A stretch of DNA of 64,000 bases from an uncultured Methanosarcinales archaeon (GCA_963843555.1 CAWJKV010000015.1:1-64000); one strand, 5' to 3'. Shown: positions 30,342 to 40,053, counted from the first letter of the stretch. Numbers and translations are program-made. Notes: a model not told the origin generated them from the letters alone.

Positions 30342-30803
30342 CTAACTGCAGGGCAGCCAGTTCGGGCTAATAAAACCTATAGTGCTGTTGCTCCAGAGCA
30401 TAATGAACTTCTCGATGCTGAATACGCCCGTCAGATCCTCAGTGGCGAGGCCGTAGACGGCATGGCGGCCTGATGCACCCGGCATCACATCTCTGGACTG
30501 CCAGGCGATGTGGGCTTTGCCGACGACATTGGAATTCATATTGACTTCCAGGGAGCCGTTGCCTCTGCTATTGTCATTTCCGTTATTGGAGGTGTTAAAA
30601 GATCGGCTCACAACCTCCGTTACCTTGTCCAGATGCTCGAAATCAGTGTAGGACTCGGTGACACTCGCACCGGCATCGTAGTTCTTGATGCAGAGTGTAT
30701 TTTCTGTGTCCATATTATTCAAGCCCTGATAGAATGAGGCAGGCATATCTGCAGCGGCAAGGCTGATCAGGATAAAGATAATAGACAATGCAATCGGCTT
30801 CAT
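30342..30803 (-). CDS. Hypothetical secreted protein
   Basis: Signal peptide; EDLTGVFSIEKFI C-terminal pattern. Confidence 0.75.
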   Translation of the reverse strand: MKPIALSIIFILISLAAADMPASFYQGLNNMDTENTLCIKNYDAGASVTESYTDFEHLDKVTEVVSRSFNTSNNGNDNSRGNGSLEVNMNSNVVGKAHIAWQSRDVMPGASGRHAVYGLATEDLTGVFSIEKFIMLWSNSTIGFISPNWLPCS

Positions 30804-31193
30804 AACTTCGCCTTACCTCTATTATCTCTCCGGCTACCTTCTATTTAAGACGCATGCGTGTCTCTAAAAAACAAGAAAACGTATGGCAGACGTTGGTCGT
30901 CTACTATCAGGCAAAGCTTCTTTAGTAATAGTCGTATTATTTTCAGGTTTTTTGATGCTCGAAAAGTATGTTATTCTTACCTCATTGATCCTGGCAGTGA
31001 ATGTCTTTTCGGTGTATTCTTACGACGGCCAGGCGGCCACGACGACCCGTGATGCCGGCGACGTCAATGCTCCGGACTCTTAGGATTCTCTGGCAATGTA
31101 CATGGAGTTCTACGAGCAGAACCCGAAATCTCTGGGGTCGGACTCGGGTTCCGTCAGGCTCTGTCCAGTTCGATCTCAATGCTAATAAGCCCG

Positions 31194-31226
31194 CTTACTT
31201 GATAACAAAACTTACTTGATAACAAA
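31194..31226. repeat. Tandem 16-bp duplication CTTACTTGATAACAAA
   Basis: Exact copies at 31194-31209 and 31211-31226. Confidence 0.9.
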
Positions 31227-31540
31227 CGGTCGAGACATAGCGTAGATAACGGGTTGGATCCCATGGCGCCGGTGCCTGGAGAGGAGATCTGAGAACGATT
31301 TCAAAATGTCAAAGCGCACTGACGAGCTCCTAAACGGATTTCTAACTGGCTCAGCAGAGTGCCAGCCCTGCATCGTAGAGGCCTTTCGCAATAGGAAGTG
31401 ATCGAATGAAATGCCCACGATCCTCAGGAGGGCTTATACGTGGCGGACGAAGATCGAGATGCTTTGACATCATTAACTCGATTTACATACGGAACAAACA
31501 CGGCTTAACATTGAAACTCTATATTTAGTCTGCAGCTTAA

Positions 31541-31820
31541 CCGCCGTCGCTTGGCCGGCCGCGGCCTTGAGCGGCGCCCCCAACCATAGCGCGGGAGGCC
31601 CGCAGGCCGACTCGCGGTACCCCGGAAGAATGTGCGGATGCTGTCCTTGACCGCATTAGACAGGTCCATCTGCAGTTGAATGACACTAGCAAATCTTCCA
31701 ATGAGGCGTTTAAAAAAAAACATGCTACCTCTTCCGGGGTTCCGCGCGGTGTTACGCGCTGGGGCAACGGGGCCCACTCCAGGCCGTGGCGGCCCCCTTA
31801 ACCCCGCGCGGCCGCGGGGG
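31541..31820 (+). ncRNA. Candidate structured non-coding RNA of unknown family
   Basis: Very GC-rich arms with long-range pairing (31558-31571/31777-31790; 31588-31593/31755-31760; 31613-31629/31730-31746) and internal hairpins. G-U pairs mostly favour the + strand. Confidence 0.55.
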
Positions 31821-31967
31821 ACAAACTACGAAGTCTTGCCCTTCATCCTTGAACGTGTTTGAGAAGGCACCTGACGAAGTGTGCATCCGAACAAATGCCA
31901 CGCCATCCAATTTTAAATGCGAAAAGTGCTGGAAAAACCCGAAAAAGTATTGATAGTCCCGCTCAAT

Positions 31968-33143
31968 TTACTTCGTCGAGACTATCTTTATCACATCCCC
32001 ATCCTTCAGCTCGTGCTTCTCTCCCAGGCGCATCTTGGTCTTGGCATCGATGGCAAAGAGGAAGCTCTCACCGATATCAGAGTGTACCCGAAACGCCAGG
32101 TCCCGGGCCGTGCTGCCCCGCTTCATGAGGAAGGCGTCAGGCAGTATCACTCCCTTGCGGTCTGTGAACTTTCCCTCATCCTCCACGGGATAGAGGACGA
32201 TGTAGTCCAATAGCTCGAATATGGCCCGGTTGATGCACTCTTGCACCCCCGTTCCGCCATACTGCTTCATGAGCGCCCTGATCTTCTCCAGGCCCGCCGT
32301 CTGGGCAGCGCTGAGCTGGCCCTTGACCACAAAGTCAGGGTCGCCTGGGCGGTAGCTGATCAGGCCAGCCTTCTCTGCCATGCGCAGAGCAATCTCCGCG
32401 GCTCCGCTTACAGGTATCACCAGCTCTTCCTTCAGGGCCAAAAGCCTTAAAACATTCTCCGGAGGCGCGACATCCATCTTGTTAGCCGCCAGGATCATGG
32501 GCTTGCTGTACTCGCGGAGGAGCATGGCGAACCTCTTCACATCCACATCGTTCCAGCTTCCCAGATCCTTCTTCATCTCAGTCAGAGCGCGCCGGATTTG
32601 GTTATCCGAGACCCCTGCGCCTGCCATCTGGTCTATGAGAACCTGCTCGGGCTTGCCTCCTATGCCCTTATAATTCCTCATCAGCTTCTCCCAGTTGCGT
32701 TTGAGGATGCCGTTGAGCCACATGCTGATCTCGTACTCCAAAAACTTGACATCTGAGACGGGATCGTAGTTGCCCGTTCCGACCGGATTCCCTTCCGCAT
32801 CCGTGCCGCCCGAGGCGTCCAGCACATGAATGACGGCCTCCGCCACCCTCAGTGCGTCCAGGAACTCATTGCCCAGGCCTTTTCCGAGGTGCGCATCGGG
32901 AACCAGCCCGGCCACGTCGATCAACTCGATGGCGATGAAACGCACGCCGTCCTTGCACTTTCCGCAGCCCTTCTCGATGCCGAGGTCCCTGCATGGACAG
33001 GGCACGCGCACGTAGGAGACACCGTGATTGGCATCTATGGTTGTAAACGGATAGTTGGCAATATCCACATCTACCAGGGTCGCTGCCTTGAAAAAAGTGG
33101 ATTTGCCAGAGTTCGGCTTTCCAGCCAGCCCTATGGAGAGCAT
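31968..33143 (-). CDS. ychF: Redox-regulated ATPase YchF (Obg family)
   Basis: GKPNSGKST, YPFTTI, DVAGLV, NKMD, C-terminal TGS domain. Confidence 0.95.
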   Translation of the reverse strand: MLSIGLAGKPNSGKSTFFKAATLVDVDIANYPFTTIDANHGVSYVRVPCPCRDLGIEKGCGKCKDGVRFIAIELIDVAGLVPDAHLGKGLGNEFLDALRVAEAVIHVLDASGGTDAEGNPVGTGNYDPVSDVKFLEYEISMWLNGILKRNWEKLMRNYKGIGGKPEQVLIDQMAGAGVSDNQIRRALTEMKKDLGSWNDVDVKRFAMLLREYSKPMILAANKMDVAPPENVLRLLALKEELVIPVSGAAEIALRMAEKAGLISYRPGDPDFVVKGQLSAAQTAGLEKIRALMKQYGGTGVQECINRAIFELLDYIVLYPVEDEGKFTDRKGVILPDAFLMKRGSTARDLAFRVHSDIGESFLFAIDAKTKMRLGEKHELKDGDVIKIVSTK

Positions 33144-33164
33144 ATCAGGTCAGAGATCCAGGGC

Positions 33165-34256
33165 TCAGCGAGAGATGCCGGTGACATTCATCTCTGCAGA
33201 CTTGCTCTCAAAGCGCTTGACCTTGCTCTCAGCCAGCCTGCGGGCCAAGGCCAGACCCTTCTCGGAGACGGCCTTCTCCTGCACGACCCCGGCCGCCAGA
33301 GCAGAAGAGTAGAGCTTCTCGCCCGCATCCGTTCGCGTGAGAACGGTAGACCAGCCGTCGGACGAGCCCACGCTTCCCACGGAGATGTCCGCCAGCTCGC
33401 TGGCAAAGTCAAAGCAGGGACCGCATCCCTTGAAGACAAACTCATCCGTCTCCTCGATCTTCACCTCATGAGCCTTGCCCTCTTTATCGATGACCCGGAA
33501 CATGCCCTTTTTGATCTCGAAACGGGCTACATTCTTGGGGTCCATCCCGAACCTGCCCTTCACAAGTCCCGTCATGAGCAGATCATAGTCGAAGTTCTCC
33601 ATGCAGAAGAGGCCGACCAGCAGAGCGATCTTCTTCTGGCCAAACTGGTAGGGCTCCTCCAGGAGCTGGACTTTTCGCAGAGCTTCAATCTGGCAGGGGG
33701 TGCCCACAAATCCAATCTTCTCGCAGCCCTTCTCCAGGGCCTCCTTGACGGCTATGACGCTGTTGTTGATGGTGTACTTGGTGCCGGCAGCGGCCTTGAT
33801 CTCGTCTGCGGTGGTGGCAACCCGGGATACTGTTCTCCACTCCTCATCCCTGTCTGTGATAACGGCGCAGTCAATCACGCCCGACTCCAATGCCTGGACC
33901 AGCAGGGCGGTAGCCACACCTCCGTCCTGGGCTTTGCCCTCACGTGACTGCGCCTGGGCGGAGACTGCCTTCTTGAAAATTCCCAGGGATTCGTCCGATT
34001 TGCGAGCCCGGCCGAAGAGCTTGGACTCCATATCTCCCATATCAAGGAATGTTCTGGGACAGTAAGTAAAGCAAAGGCCGCAGAGGGGATCGTATTCCAC
34101 CAGGGCAGGCCTGTTCTCTTTGTGCTCGATCTTGGGGCAGAAGGCCTCGCAAGTGCCGCAACGGCAGCATATCTCCGATGTTATGACCTTATGTTCCAGC
34201 TCTCCGAATCCACATTCTAAGTAAGTGGGCTCAGCAAACTTCTCCTTGGCAGCCAT
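33165..34256 (-). CDS. F420H2 dehydrogenase FpoF-like / FrhB-family protein with N-terminal ferredoxin domain
   Basis: CCRCGTCEAFCP, CGLCFTYCP, QDGGVAT, GTKY, VGTPCQ, GLFCMENF, ADISVG. Confidence 0.88.
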   Translation of the reverse strand: MAAKEKFAEPTYLECGFGELEHKVITSEICCRCGTCEAFCPKIEHKENRPALVEYDPLCGLCFTYCPRTFLDMGDMESKLFGRARKSDESLGIFKKAVSAQAQSREGKAQDGGVATALLVQALESGVIDCAVITDRDEEWRTVSRVATTADEIKAAAGTKYTINNSVIAVKEALEKGCEKIGFVGTPCQIEALRKVQLLEEPYQFGQKKIALLVGLFCMENFDYDLLMTGLVKGRFGMDPKNVARFEIKKGMFRVIDKEGKAHEVKIEETDEFVFKGCGPCFDFASELADISVGSVGSSDGWSTVLTRTDAGEKLYSSALAAGVVQEKAVSEKGLALARRLAESKVKRFESKSAEMNVTGISR

Positions 34257-34337
34257 GATCCAGATCTCCAAAAGTTGGTGGCTTAAAGTCACCTCCCGAC
34301 CTAAAGCTTTTATGGTTCGAAGGGCCAAAGGCCCAGG

Positions 34338-35303
34338 ATGATTTTGGGCCTGGATATTGGCGGAGCCAATACAAAAGCCGCCAGCTCAGACGGCCTTTAT
34401 GCGGAGAGCATCTATCTGCCCCTCTGGAAGAAGGCGCCCCTGGATGAGGTGCTGGTCCGGCTCGCGGCCTCCCGGCCGCAGGCGGTGGCTGTCGTCATCA
34501 CAGGCGAGCTGGCTGACTGCTTCTCCTGCAAGAGGGAGGGCATTGAGTGCCTCATGACCGCCGTGAAGAGGGCCTTCTCCTGCCCGACCTGCTTCTGGGG
34601 CGGGAACGGCTTTGGCTGGAAGGACCCCCTGGAAATTGCGGCGGCCAACTGGGCGGCATCAGCCGAGCTTGTGGCCCGCGAGTTCGGTGACTGCCTCTTT
34701 GTGGATATGGGCAGCACAACCACCGATTTTATACCCATAAAGGGAAGGCCGCTGGCCGCAAAGACAGACTTTCTGCGCCTGGCGAGGAGCGAGCTGGTCT
34801 ACATGGGGCTGCTGCGAACCCGATTGGATGCCCTGCTGCCTGTGGCGAGGATAAGAGGAGACAGGGTGCCGCTTGCGCCTGAATTTTTCGCCACCATCGC
34901 CGATGCCCATCTCGCCCTGGGCCGGATAGAGGAGAATCGTTACAGCTGCGAGACAGCCGACGGAGCGGATAAAAGCCGCGTGTCTGCCCTTCGCCGTCTG
35001 GCGCGCTCGGTCTGCGCCGACCTGGAGGAAATAGGCGAGGCGGGAGCGCTGGCGATTGCAGAGCAGGCATGCGGGCGGCAAGAGAGAATCCTGGTTGATG
35101 CTATGGAAAAGCAGTCAGAAAAACACGGGCTTTCCAGGGTGGCCGCAGCGGGAATAGGAGAGAAATCGATTGAAGATGCAGCCAGGTTTCTGGGAATGGA
35201 GTGCATCCGGCTTTCGGAGCGGTATGGTCCCAGGATCTCGGAAGTCTTCCCCGCTTATGCTGTGGCGAGAATGCTGGAGATGGACCCCAGTTTCGCGGAG
35301 TAA
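34338..35303 (+). CDS. mfnF: Methanofuran biosynthesis protein MfnF (hydantoinase/oxoprolinase family)
   Basis: GLDIGGANTK, YLPLW, TGELADCF, AAANW, DMGSTTTD, RRLARSVCAD, FPAYA. Confidence 0.85.
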   Translation: MILGLDIGGANTKAASSDGLYAESIYLPLWKKAPLDEVLVRLAASRPQAVAVVITGELADCFSCKREGIECLMTAVKRAFSCPTCFWGGNGFGWKDPLEIAAANWAASAELVAREFGDCLFVDMGSTTTDFIPIKGRPLAAKTDFLRLARSELVYMGLLRTRLDALLPVARIRGDRVPLAPEFFATIADAHLALGRIEENRYSCETADGADKSRVSALRRLARSVCADLEEIGEAGALAIAEQACGRQERILVDAMEKQSEKHGLSRVAAAGIGEKSIEDAARFLGMECIRLSERYGPRISEVFPAYAVARMLEMDPSFAE

Positions 35304-35386
35304 ATCAAGAGATTCAAGCTTATCATAATCCAACCGCCTCAATCCACTAACTTGATAACGGTGAGATGGCATAAGTTCTCCCAGAG

Positions 35387-36571
35387 GTGCAGGCCCTGAA
35401 TAAGAGCATCATTCCCGTCTTTGAGCTTTCCGTAGTCTCGAGGCATATTACCTATAGAAAAAGAGGAACCTTTCTCTCTGTGGCAGCCATAGCCCTGGCG
35501 GTGGCCATTTCTCTGATGTCCGTCTCTCTCCAGGATGGTTTTCAGGGGATGCTTTTTGATATCATAGTTGAGGATCTTCCTCATGTTACCGTCACCCCCA
35601 AGGAGGGAGACGATTACATCTACCTCTACAGAAGCCTCACGGATCGCATCTGGGCTATTCCGGGAGTGGTTGCCGTCTCGCCCGGACTGGGCTCAGAGGC
35701 GACCTTCACTCACAAGGATAACGTAGAGAATGTGGGAATGTCGGGTGTAAACCCGGTGGATTTGGATAAAATCTACAATATAGGAAAGTACGTAATCCAG
35801 GGAGATCTGAATTCCATCCAGGATGGAAATAAGGTGGTTATGGGGCAAAAACTCGCCGATAGGCTGAAGGTAAAGCTGGGCCAGACGGTGTTTGTCAGCT
35901 TTCCCGATGCCCGAGGCACTAGCCTGATTGTATCTGGAATCTTCAATGCACCTACCGGGTGGCCGGAGGATATCGCCTTTGTATCGCTCTCCACCGCCAG
36001 GAATTTTCTGAACAAAGGAGATGTGGTGTCATATGTGGATGTAAAGCTGGAAGACGTCTATCAGGCAGATGCAGTGGTCGGAAATCTGCGAGAGTACGGA
36101 TACGAAGCGGATTCCTGGCAGCAACTTTACCCTGAGATCCTGAAAACGCTGGCCATTGAAAACTTCCAGAACCGGCTGATAATGTTATTGATCCTGATCA
36201 TCGCCGCCTTTGGGATTGGGAGCGCGATGTACATGCTGGTCAATGAAAAAACCAGCGAGATTGGCATGCTCATGGCCATGGGGGCACGCAGACAAAACAT
36301 AATGAGTATCTTCCTGTTGGAAAGCGCAATCCTGGGTCTGATGGGCGGGGTATTGGGTGCTGTCCTGGGCTTTATCATGGCCCTCTATCTCCGGAGCCTG
36401 AAGATAATGATGGATACACCTGGCGGACAGCATATCAGCTTGCCTGTAGTGATCAATCCCGAGAGCTTCTTATCTATTGTGCTCGTGGCTGTAGCATTGA
36501 GCGTCGTCGCAGGTCTATATCCTGCCTGGCAGGCGTCCCGGCTTGATCCTGCTCTTGCTATCAACGGATGA
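35387..36571 (+). CDS. ABC permease, LolC/E-FtsX family
   Basis: EKTSEIGMLMAMGA..IFLLES..YPAWQAS. Confidence 0.92.
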   Translation: MQALNKSIIPVFELSVVSRHITYRKRGTFLSVAAIALAVAISLMSVSLQDGFQGMLFDIIVEDLPHVTVTPKEGDDYIYLYRSLTDRIWAIPGVVAVSPGLGSEATFTHKDNVENVGMSGVNPVDLDKIYNIGKYVIQGDLNSIQDGNKVVMGQKLADRLKVKLGQTVFVSFPDARGTSLIVSGIFNAPTGWPEDIAFVSLSTARNFLNKGDVVSYVDVKLEDVYQADAVVGNLREYGYEADSWQQLYPEILKTLAIENFQNRLIMLLILIIAAFGIGSAMYMLVNEKTSEIGMLMAMGARRQNIMSIFLLESAILGLMGGVLGAVLGFIMALYLRSLKIMMDTPGGQHISLPVVINPESFLSIVLVAVALSVVAGLYPAWQASRLDPALAING

Positions 36572-37737
36572 GATCAAAGATGTACGAATTCACCATAGCC
36601 CAGAGGCATATCCTGAGAAACCCCAAGATGGCGTTCTTCACAGTTGCCGCGGTGACACTGGCGGTGGCCATCATTATCGTTCTCATGGGCTTGATGAGCG
36701 GTTTTGAGGAGGAGGTCATCACCACAACGGTTGAGAATAATCCTCACATTTATATCCAGCCAAAGGAGGATGAGAAGTACATCTACCTCTATCGAACCGT
36801 CTCTGCCATTTTATGGAATTATCCCGAGGTGGAAGCGGTCTCGGCAAGGCTGGCCGGAAAGGCGGCTGCCAAGTACAAAGACAAAGTCCGCGGGGTCGAC
36901 TTTTTGGGCGTTGATCCAGGCGACGAAGACCTGTTGATGAACGTTCAAAGAGATATCGTCATCGGCAACTTTCAGGACCTGAACCACAGAAAGTATGCTG
37001 CATTCATAGGAACGACTCTGGCGGACGATCTGAAACTGCATCCGGAAGACGATTTTATTCTGGTGAGAGGAAATAAATCCATCCGGCTCAAGGTTGCCGG
37101 CCTCTTTGAGACGGGCTCGGCCAACGACCAGTCGCTGATCTACGTTCCTCTGAAAACGGCCCAGGATCTGGTAGAAAAAGGAGATGTGGTCTCAGAGGTG
37201 GACGCTAGAGTCTCAGACATATATCAGGCGCCCTATATAGCTGCAGATCTCAGGGGTCAATTTCAATATCAGTCCAGGTCCTGGCAGGATACGAATGCCG
37301 ACATCCTCGAACTGATCCAAACACAGAAATATTTCTCCATAATATTCTACATTCTCATATTCTTGATAGCAGGATTTGGCATCGCCAATACCATGATCAT
37401 GATAATATCTCGCAAGACCAAAGAGATCGGCATCCTTATGGCTATGGGGGCTACAAGGCGGTCGATTCTCAAAATTTTTATGCTGGAGAGCCTCATCCTG
37501 GCTCCGCCTTCGGCCTTGCTCGGGAGTGTACTCGCATATCTCGCAGCCAGGCTCATAATGTCTTACAGTATTGAGCTTCCTTCCGAGATCTACATGGTCT
37601 CCAGGATGACAGTCACCATGAAGCCCGAGTTCTTTATTTACGCAGTGATCTTCGCCCTTATCATCAACTTCGTGGCAGGACTCTATCCGGCCTGGAAGGC
37701 TTCCATGATGGATCCAGTGGAGGCGATAGGAAGTTGA
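36568..37737 (+). CDS. ABC permease, LolC/E-FtsX family (paralog)
   Basis: KTKEIGILMAMGA..IFMLES..YPAWKASMMDPVEA. Confidence 0.92.
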   Translation: MRSKMYEFTIAQRHILRNPKMAFFTVAAVTLAVAIIIVLMGLMSGFEEEVITTTVENNPHIYIQPKEDEKYIYLYRTVSAILWNYPEVEAVSARLAGKAAAKYKDKVRGVDFLGVDPGDEDLLMNVQRDIVIGNFQDLNHRKYAAFIGTTLADDLKLHPEDDFILVRGNKSIRLKVAGLFETGSANDQSLIYVPLKTAQDLVEKGDVVSEVDARVSDIYQAPYIAADLRGQFQYQSRSWQDTNADILELIQTQKYFSIIFYILIFLIAGFGIANTMIMIISRKTKEIGILMAMGATRRSILKIFMLESLILAPPSALLGSVLAYLAARLIMSYSIELPSEIYMVSRMTVTMKPEFFIYAVIFALIINFVAGLYPAWKASMMDPVEAIGS

Positions 37738-38615
37738 TGAGAGATTAGAGAGAATTTTAGTCACGTGTGCTATTGATCATGGGATACACGCATTTTTTTT
37801 AGAACCAAAGGTCTTTGTCCGAAGGAATTTTCCATTTTGGTTGCTTTGCCAAAATGCCCTGAAGCCCAAAAATTAGGATAGATTATTGCGAGTCATGTAC
37901 TTTCGCGTCGCGAGTCATATGAAGCTAGGTCTCGATCTTGACTCTACGCCTCTCGAAGAACTCAATTAGAGCCTCTTCCACAATCTGGCTTTGAGCATTC
38001 ATACTATTCCTGGTCTGGGCAGCATAACCGATTAGGGCTTTTGCCAATGGTTCTGACAGATCGAAGTCAATTATTTTGGGCATAAATGAACTCCTTTTCG
38101 CTTAGTAGCGTTCCATTTTTTGGGAGATCGGTCCAGTTCTCCACTCTACTGAGGTGTTCTGCACTAATAAGGATTTTATGGCACAAATTACAATTTCTAG
38201 CACAAGGTATGAACTATCAATTGCCACTTCATATCAGCATTTTGCAGTCTTAATGCTTCTTTTGTGGCCCTAAATCCGGAAACCTTATCGTTAATGTAAG
38301 CTTAGACATTAATACTTTAAAGTACCATAATCTGTATAAATATAAAGTGTAAAAATCAACTCGCTTATAATGCAACTATATCGACTGCCTCCCAGCTGAT
38401 AGCCAAAACCGGCGAGTCTATACTGCACAATCGAGCAAGAGAAATCACTTACTGATGGTTGGTATATGACATTTTTGTGCAGTAGCGCTTCGGAATCATC
38501 CCAGTTGCTGCAGAACATTGACAACAGTTTCGCTTGTCTGGGAAATATTATTAATATTAATTGAATAAGTAGATGATATTTTAGTATGATCTGTACATTA
38601 TTGCCTTCAAACTTC

Positions 38616-38630
38616 ACATAATCGTCTATA
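38616..38630 (+). promoter_or_regulatory. 15-bp motif ACATAATCGTCTATA (copy 1), upstream of a wHTH gene
   Basis: Identical copy at 40436-40450. Confidence 0.5.
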
Positions 38631-38860
38631 TATCATATTGGATTTCATCTTTGATATAAAGGATGGAGAAATGCCCAGGATCACCATAATTTGGGTAAAG
38701 CAATAAAATTTCCTTCAAAACCGGAGGTTCTCTTCGCACTCGTGGATCTGATGCCATCCAAGAGCGGAGATATAAAGATGGAATTAAAAGACGCCGGCTA
38801 TAGATCAAGCTTCCGACGGGTCGTCTACAATCGCATTATAGATCAGCAAGGAGGGGTACC

Positions 38861-39112
38861 ATGAAGAGAAGCAAGCAAGAGATCTTCTCCCAAATCCTGG
38901 ACATATGCTTGACCGGTGCAAATAAAACTAAAATCGTATATCAGGCGAACCTTAACTTCAGAACTGTAAATCCGTATTTAGAAATTCTAATTAAAAATCA
39001 GCATCTAATAGAGATCGGTCAGGGAGCGCAGATACTATACAAAACCACACCAAAGGGCACATATCTTCTGGAAAGCATAAATAAAATCAATAACACATTA
39101 TTCGAGAAATGA
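38861..39112 (+). CDS. Small winged-helix transcription regulator (COG3432-like)
   Basis: MKRS..EI..ILDIC..GANKTKIVYQANLNF..YKTTPKG; SD GGAGG. Confidence 0.9.
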   Translation: MKRSKQEIFSQILDICLTGANKTKIVYQANLNFRTVNPYLEILIKNQHLIEIGQGAQILYKTTPKGTYLLESINKINNTLFEK

Positions 39113-39783
39113 AGGGATAGATTAAATCTTTCTTTTGCTTAATCCCTCAGTAATAGAGTTACTGTCTAATTCATTTGATGATAATTCAAGTCGTTTCCAA
39201 GGAACAATTGCGACCCATTGTTCGCGCTTTGTGCTATCATCCACAATCTGTGTCAATAATTTTAAATACACTCTGATACCAATACTATTACTGGCCCTCG
39301 AGTGGCCAGGCCATTTTGGAAAACCTCCTTCCTTACTGGAGAGCTTTAGTTTCTCCTCTTCGGAGCTCTCCAGACCATTCTACCATATTGTCCCGTCCCC
39401 ACGCAGCAGAAGGATGGGGCGATAAGTTTTGCAAAGCTTAAAAAGCGTTATTTTACTGAGATATATCACTGAAAAAGGCTCGGTAAGCAAGGTGGCGAAA
39501 ATCCAGTGTAAGGTTGCCAGGTCATTGAATGATAAACCACTATTTGGTGGTATTTATTATGGCCGTTAGATTCCCAGGGGCATGCTTGGATTCATATTTG
39601 ACTCTTCTGCATTCATTATAGGGAACTTTTTGACAAACATCATGAAATGAAGCTGGCTATGCTTCATGCTTTGTACTAAAATTCGCAATCTGTGTCATAA
39701 AACACTTATACAAATGTTGGAAAACAGACATTGCAGGATGCCCGTGTCGTAAGTACCCCGGTCTTAGATGGAGTGGATGAAAA

Positions 39784-40053
39784 ATGAGGTCTAATGATAA
39801 GGTGAAGAAAAAGGAGAAATCTGCCAAGAAAACCGCCCTTAGCACTAGCAATAGGGCCTCTGACCAAGATGTGTATGCCTCAGAGAACGGAGGAGGATAC
39901 ATGGATAATAGGGGCATATTGACGCTAAAATATGAAGTAGATGAGAAGGGTATTGGACAACTTCTCTTGCCACCCAGCCTTTCGTTGCTGCTCCAATCAG
40001 ATCGAGTATCGATATCGCCGTCCGCTGGCGGGCTATTCATTCGATCGGTTTGA
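39784..40053 (+). CDS. Hypothetical protein with AbrB/SpoVT-like C-terminus
   Basis: VDEKGIGQLLLPP..DRVSISPSAGGLFIRSV resembles a swapped-hairpin DNA-binding domain. Confidence 0.55.
   Translation: MRSNDKVKKKEKSAKKTALSTSNRASDQDVYASENGGGYMDNRGILTLKYEVDEKGIGQLLLPPSLSLLLQSDRVSISPSAGGLFIRSV

Noticed and set aside
31081..31083. Pyrrolysine readthrough of an in-frame TAG
   Set aside because: No methylamine methyltransferase context or pyl genes here, and Methanothrix is not known to use pyrrolysine.
31319..31345. Hammerhead ribozyme core CTGACGAG (also CTGATGAG at 13847)
   Set aside because: No stem II closed by GAAA at the required position.
31537..31801. MITE with TTAA target-site duplication
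   Set aside because: TTAA flanks the hairpin on both sides, but the inverted repeats are not terminal or symmetric and further structure continues beyond the right TTAA. Not excluded, but unsupported.
31541..31820. SRP (7S) RNA or RNase P RNA
   Set aside because: Size and GC content fit, but neither strand has the SRP helix-8 core or UGUNR motif, nor the RNase P GAGGAAAGTCC strand.
38309..38808. ORFs 38309-38617 and 38626-38808 (also 39135-39425, 28220-28588, 28690-28953)
   Set aside because: No clear SD sequence or recognisable motif and atypical composition; treated as intergenic.
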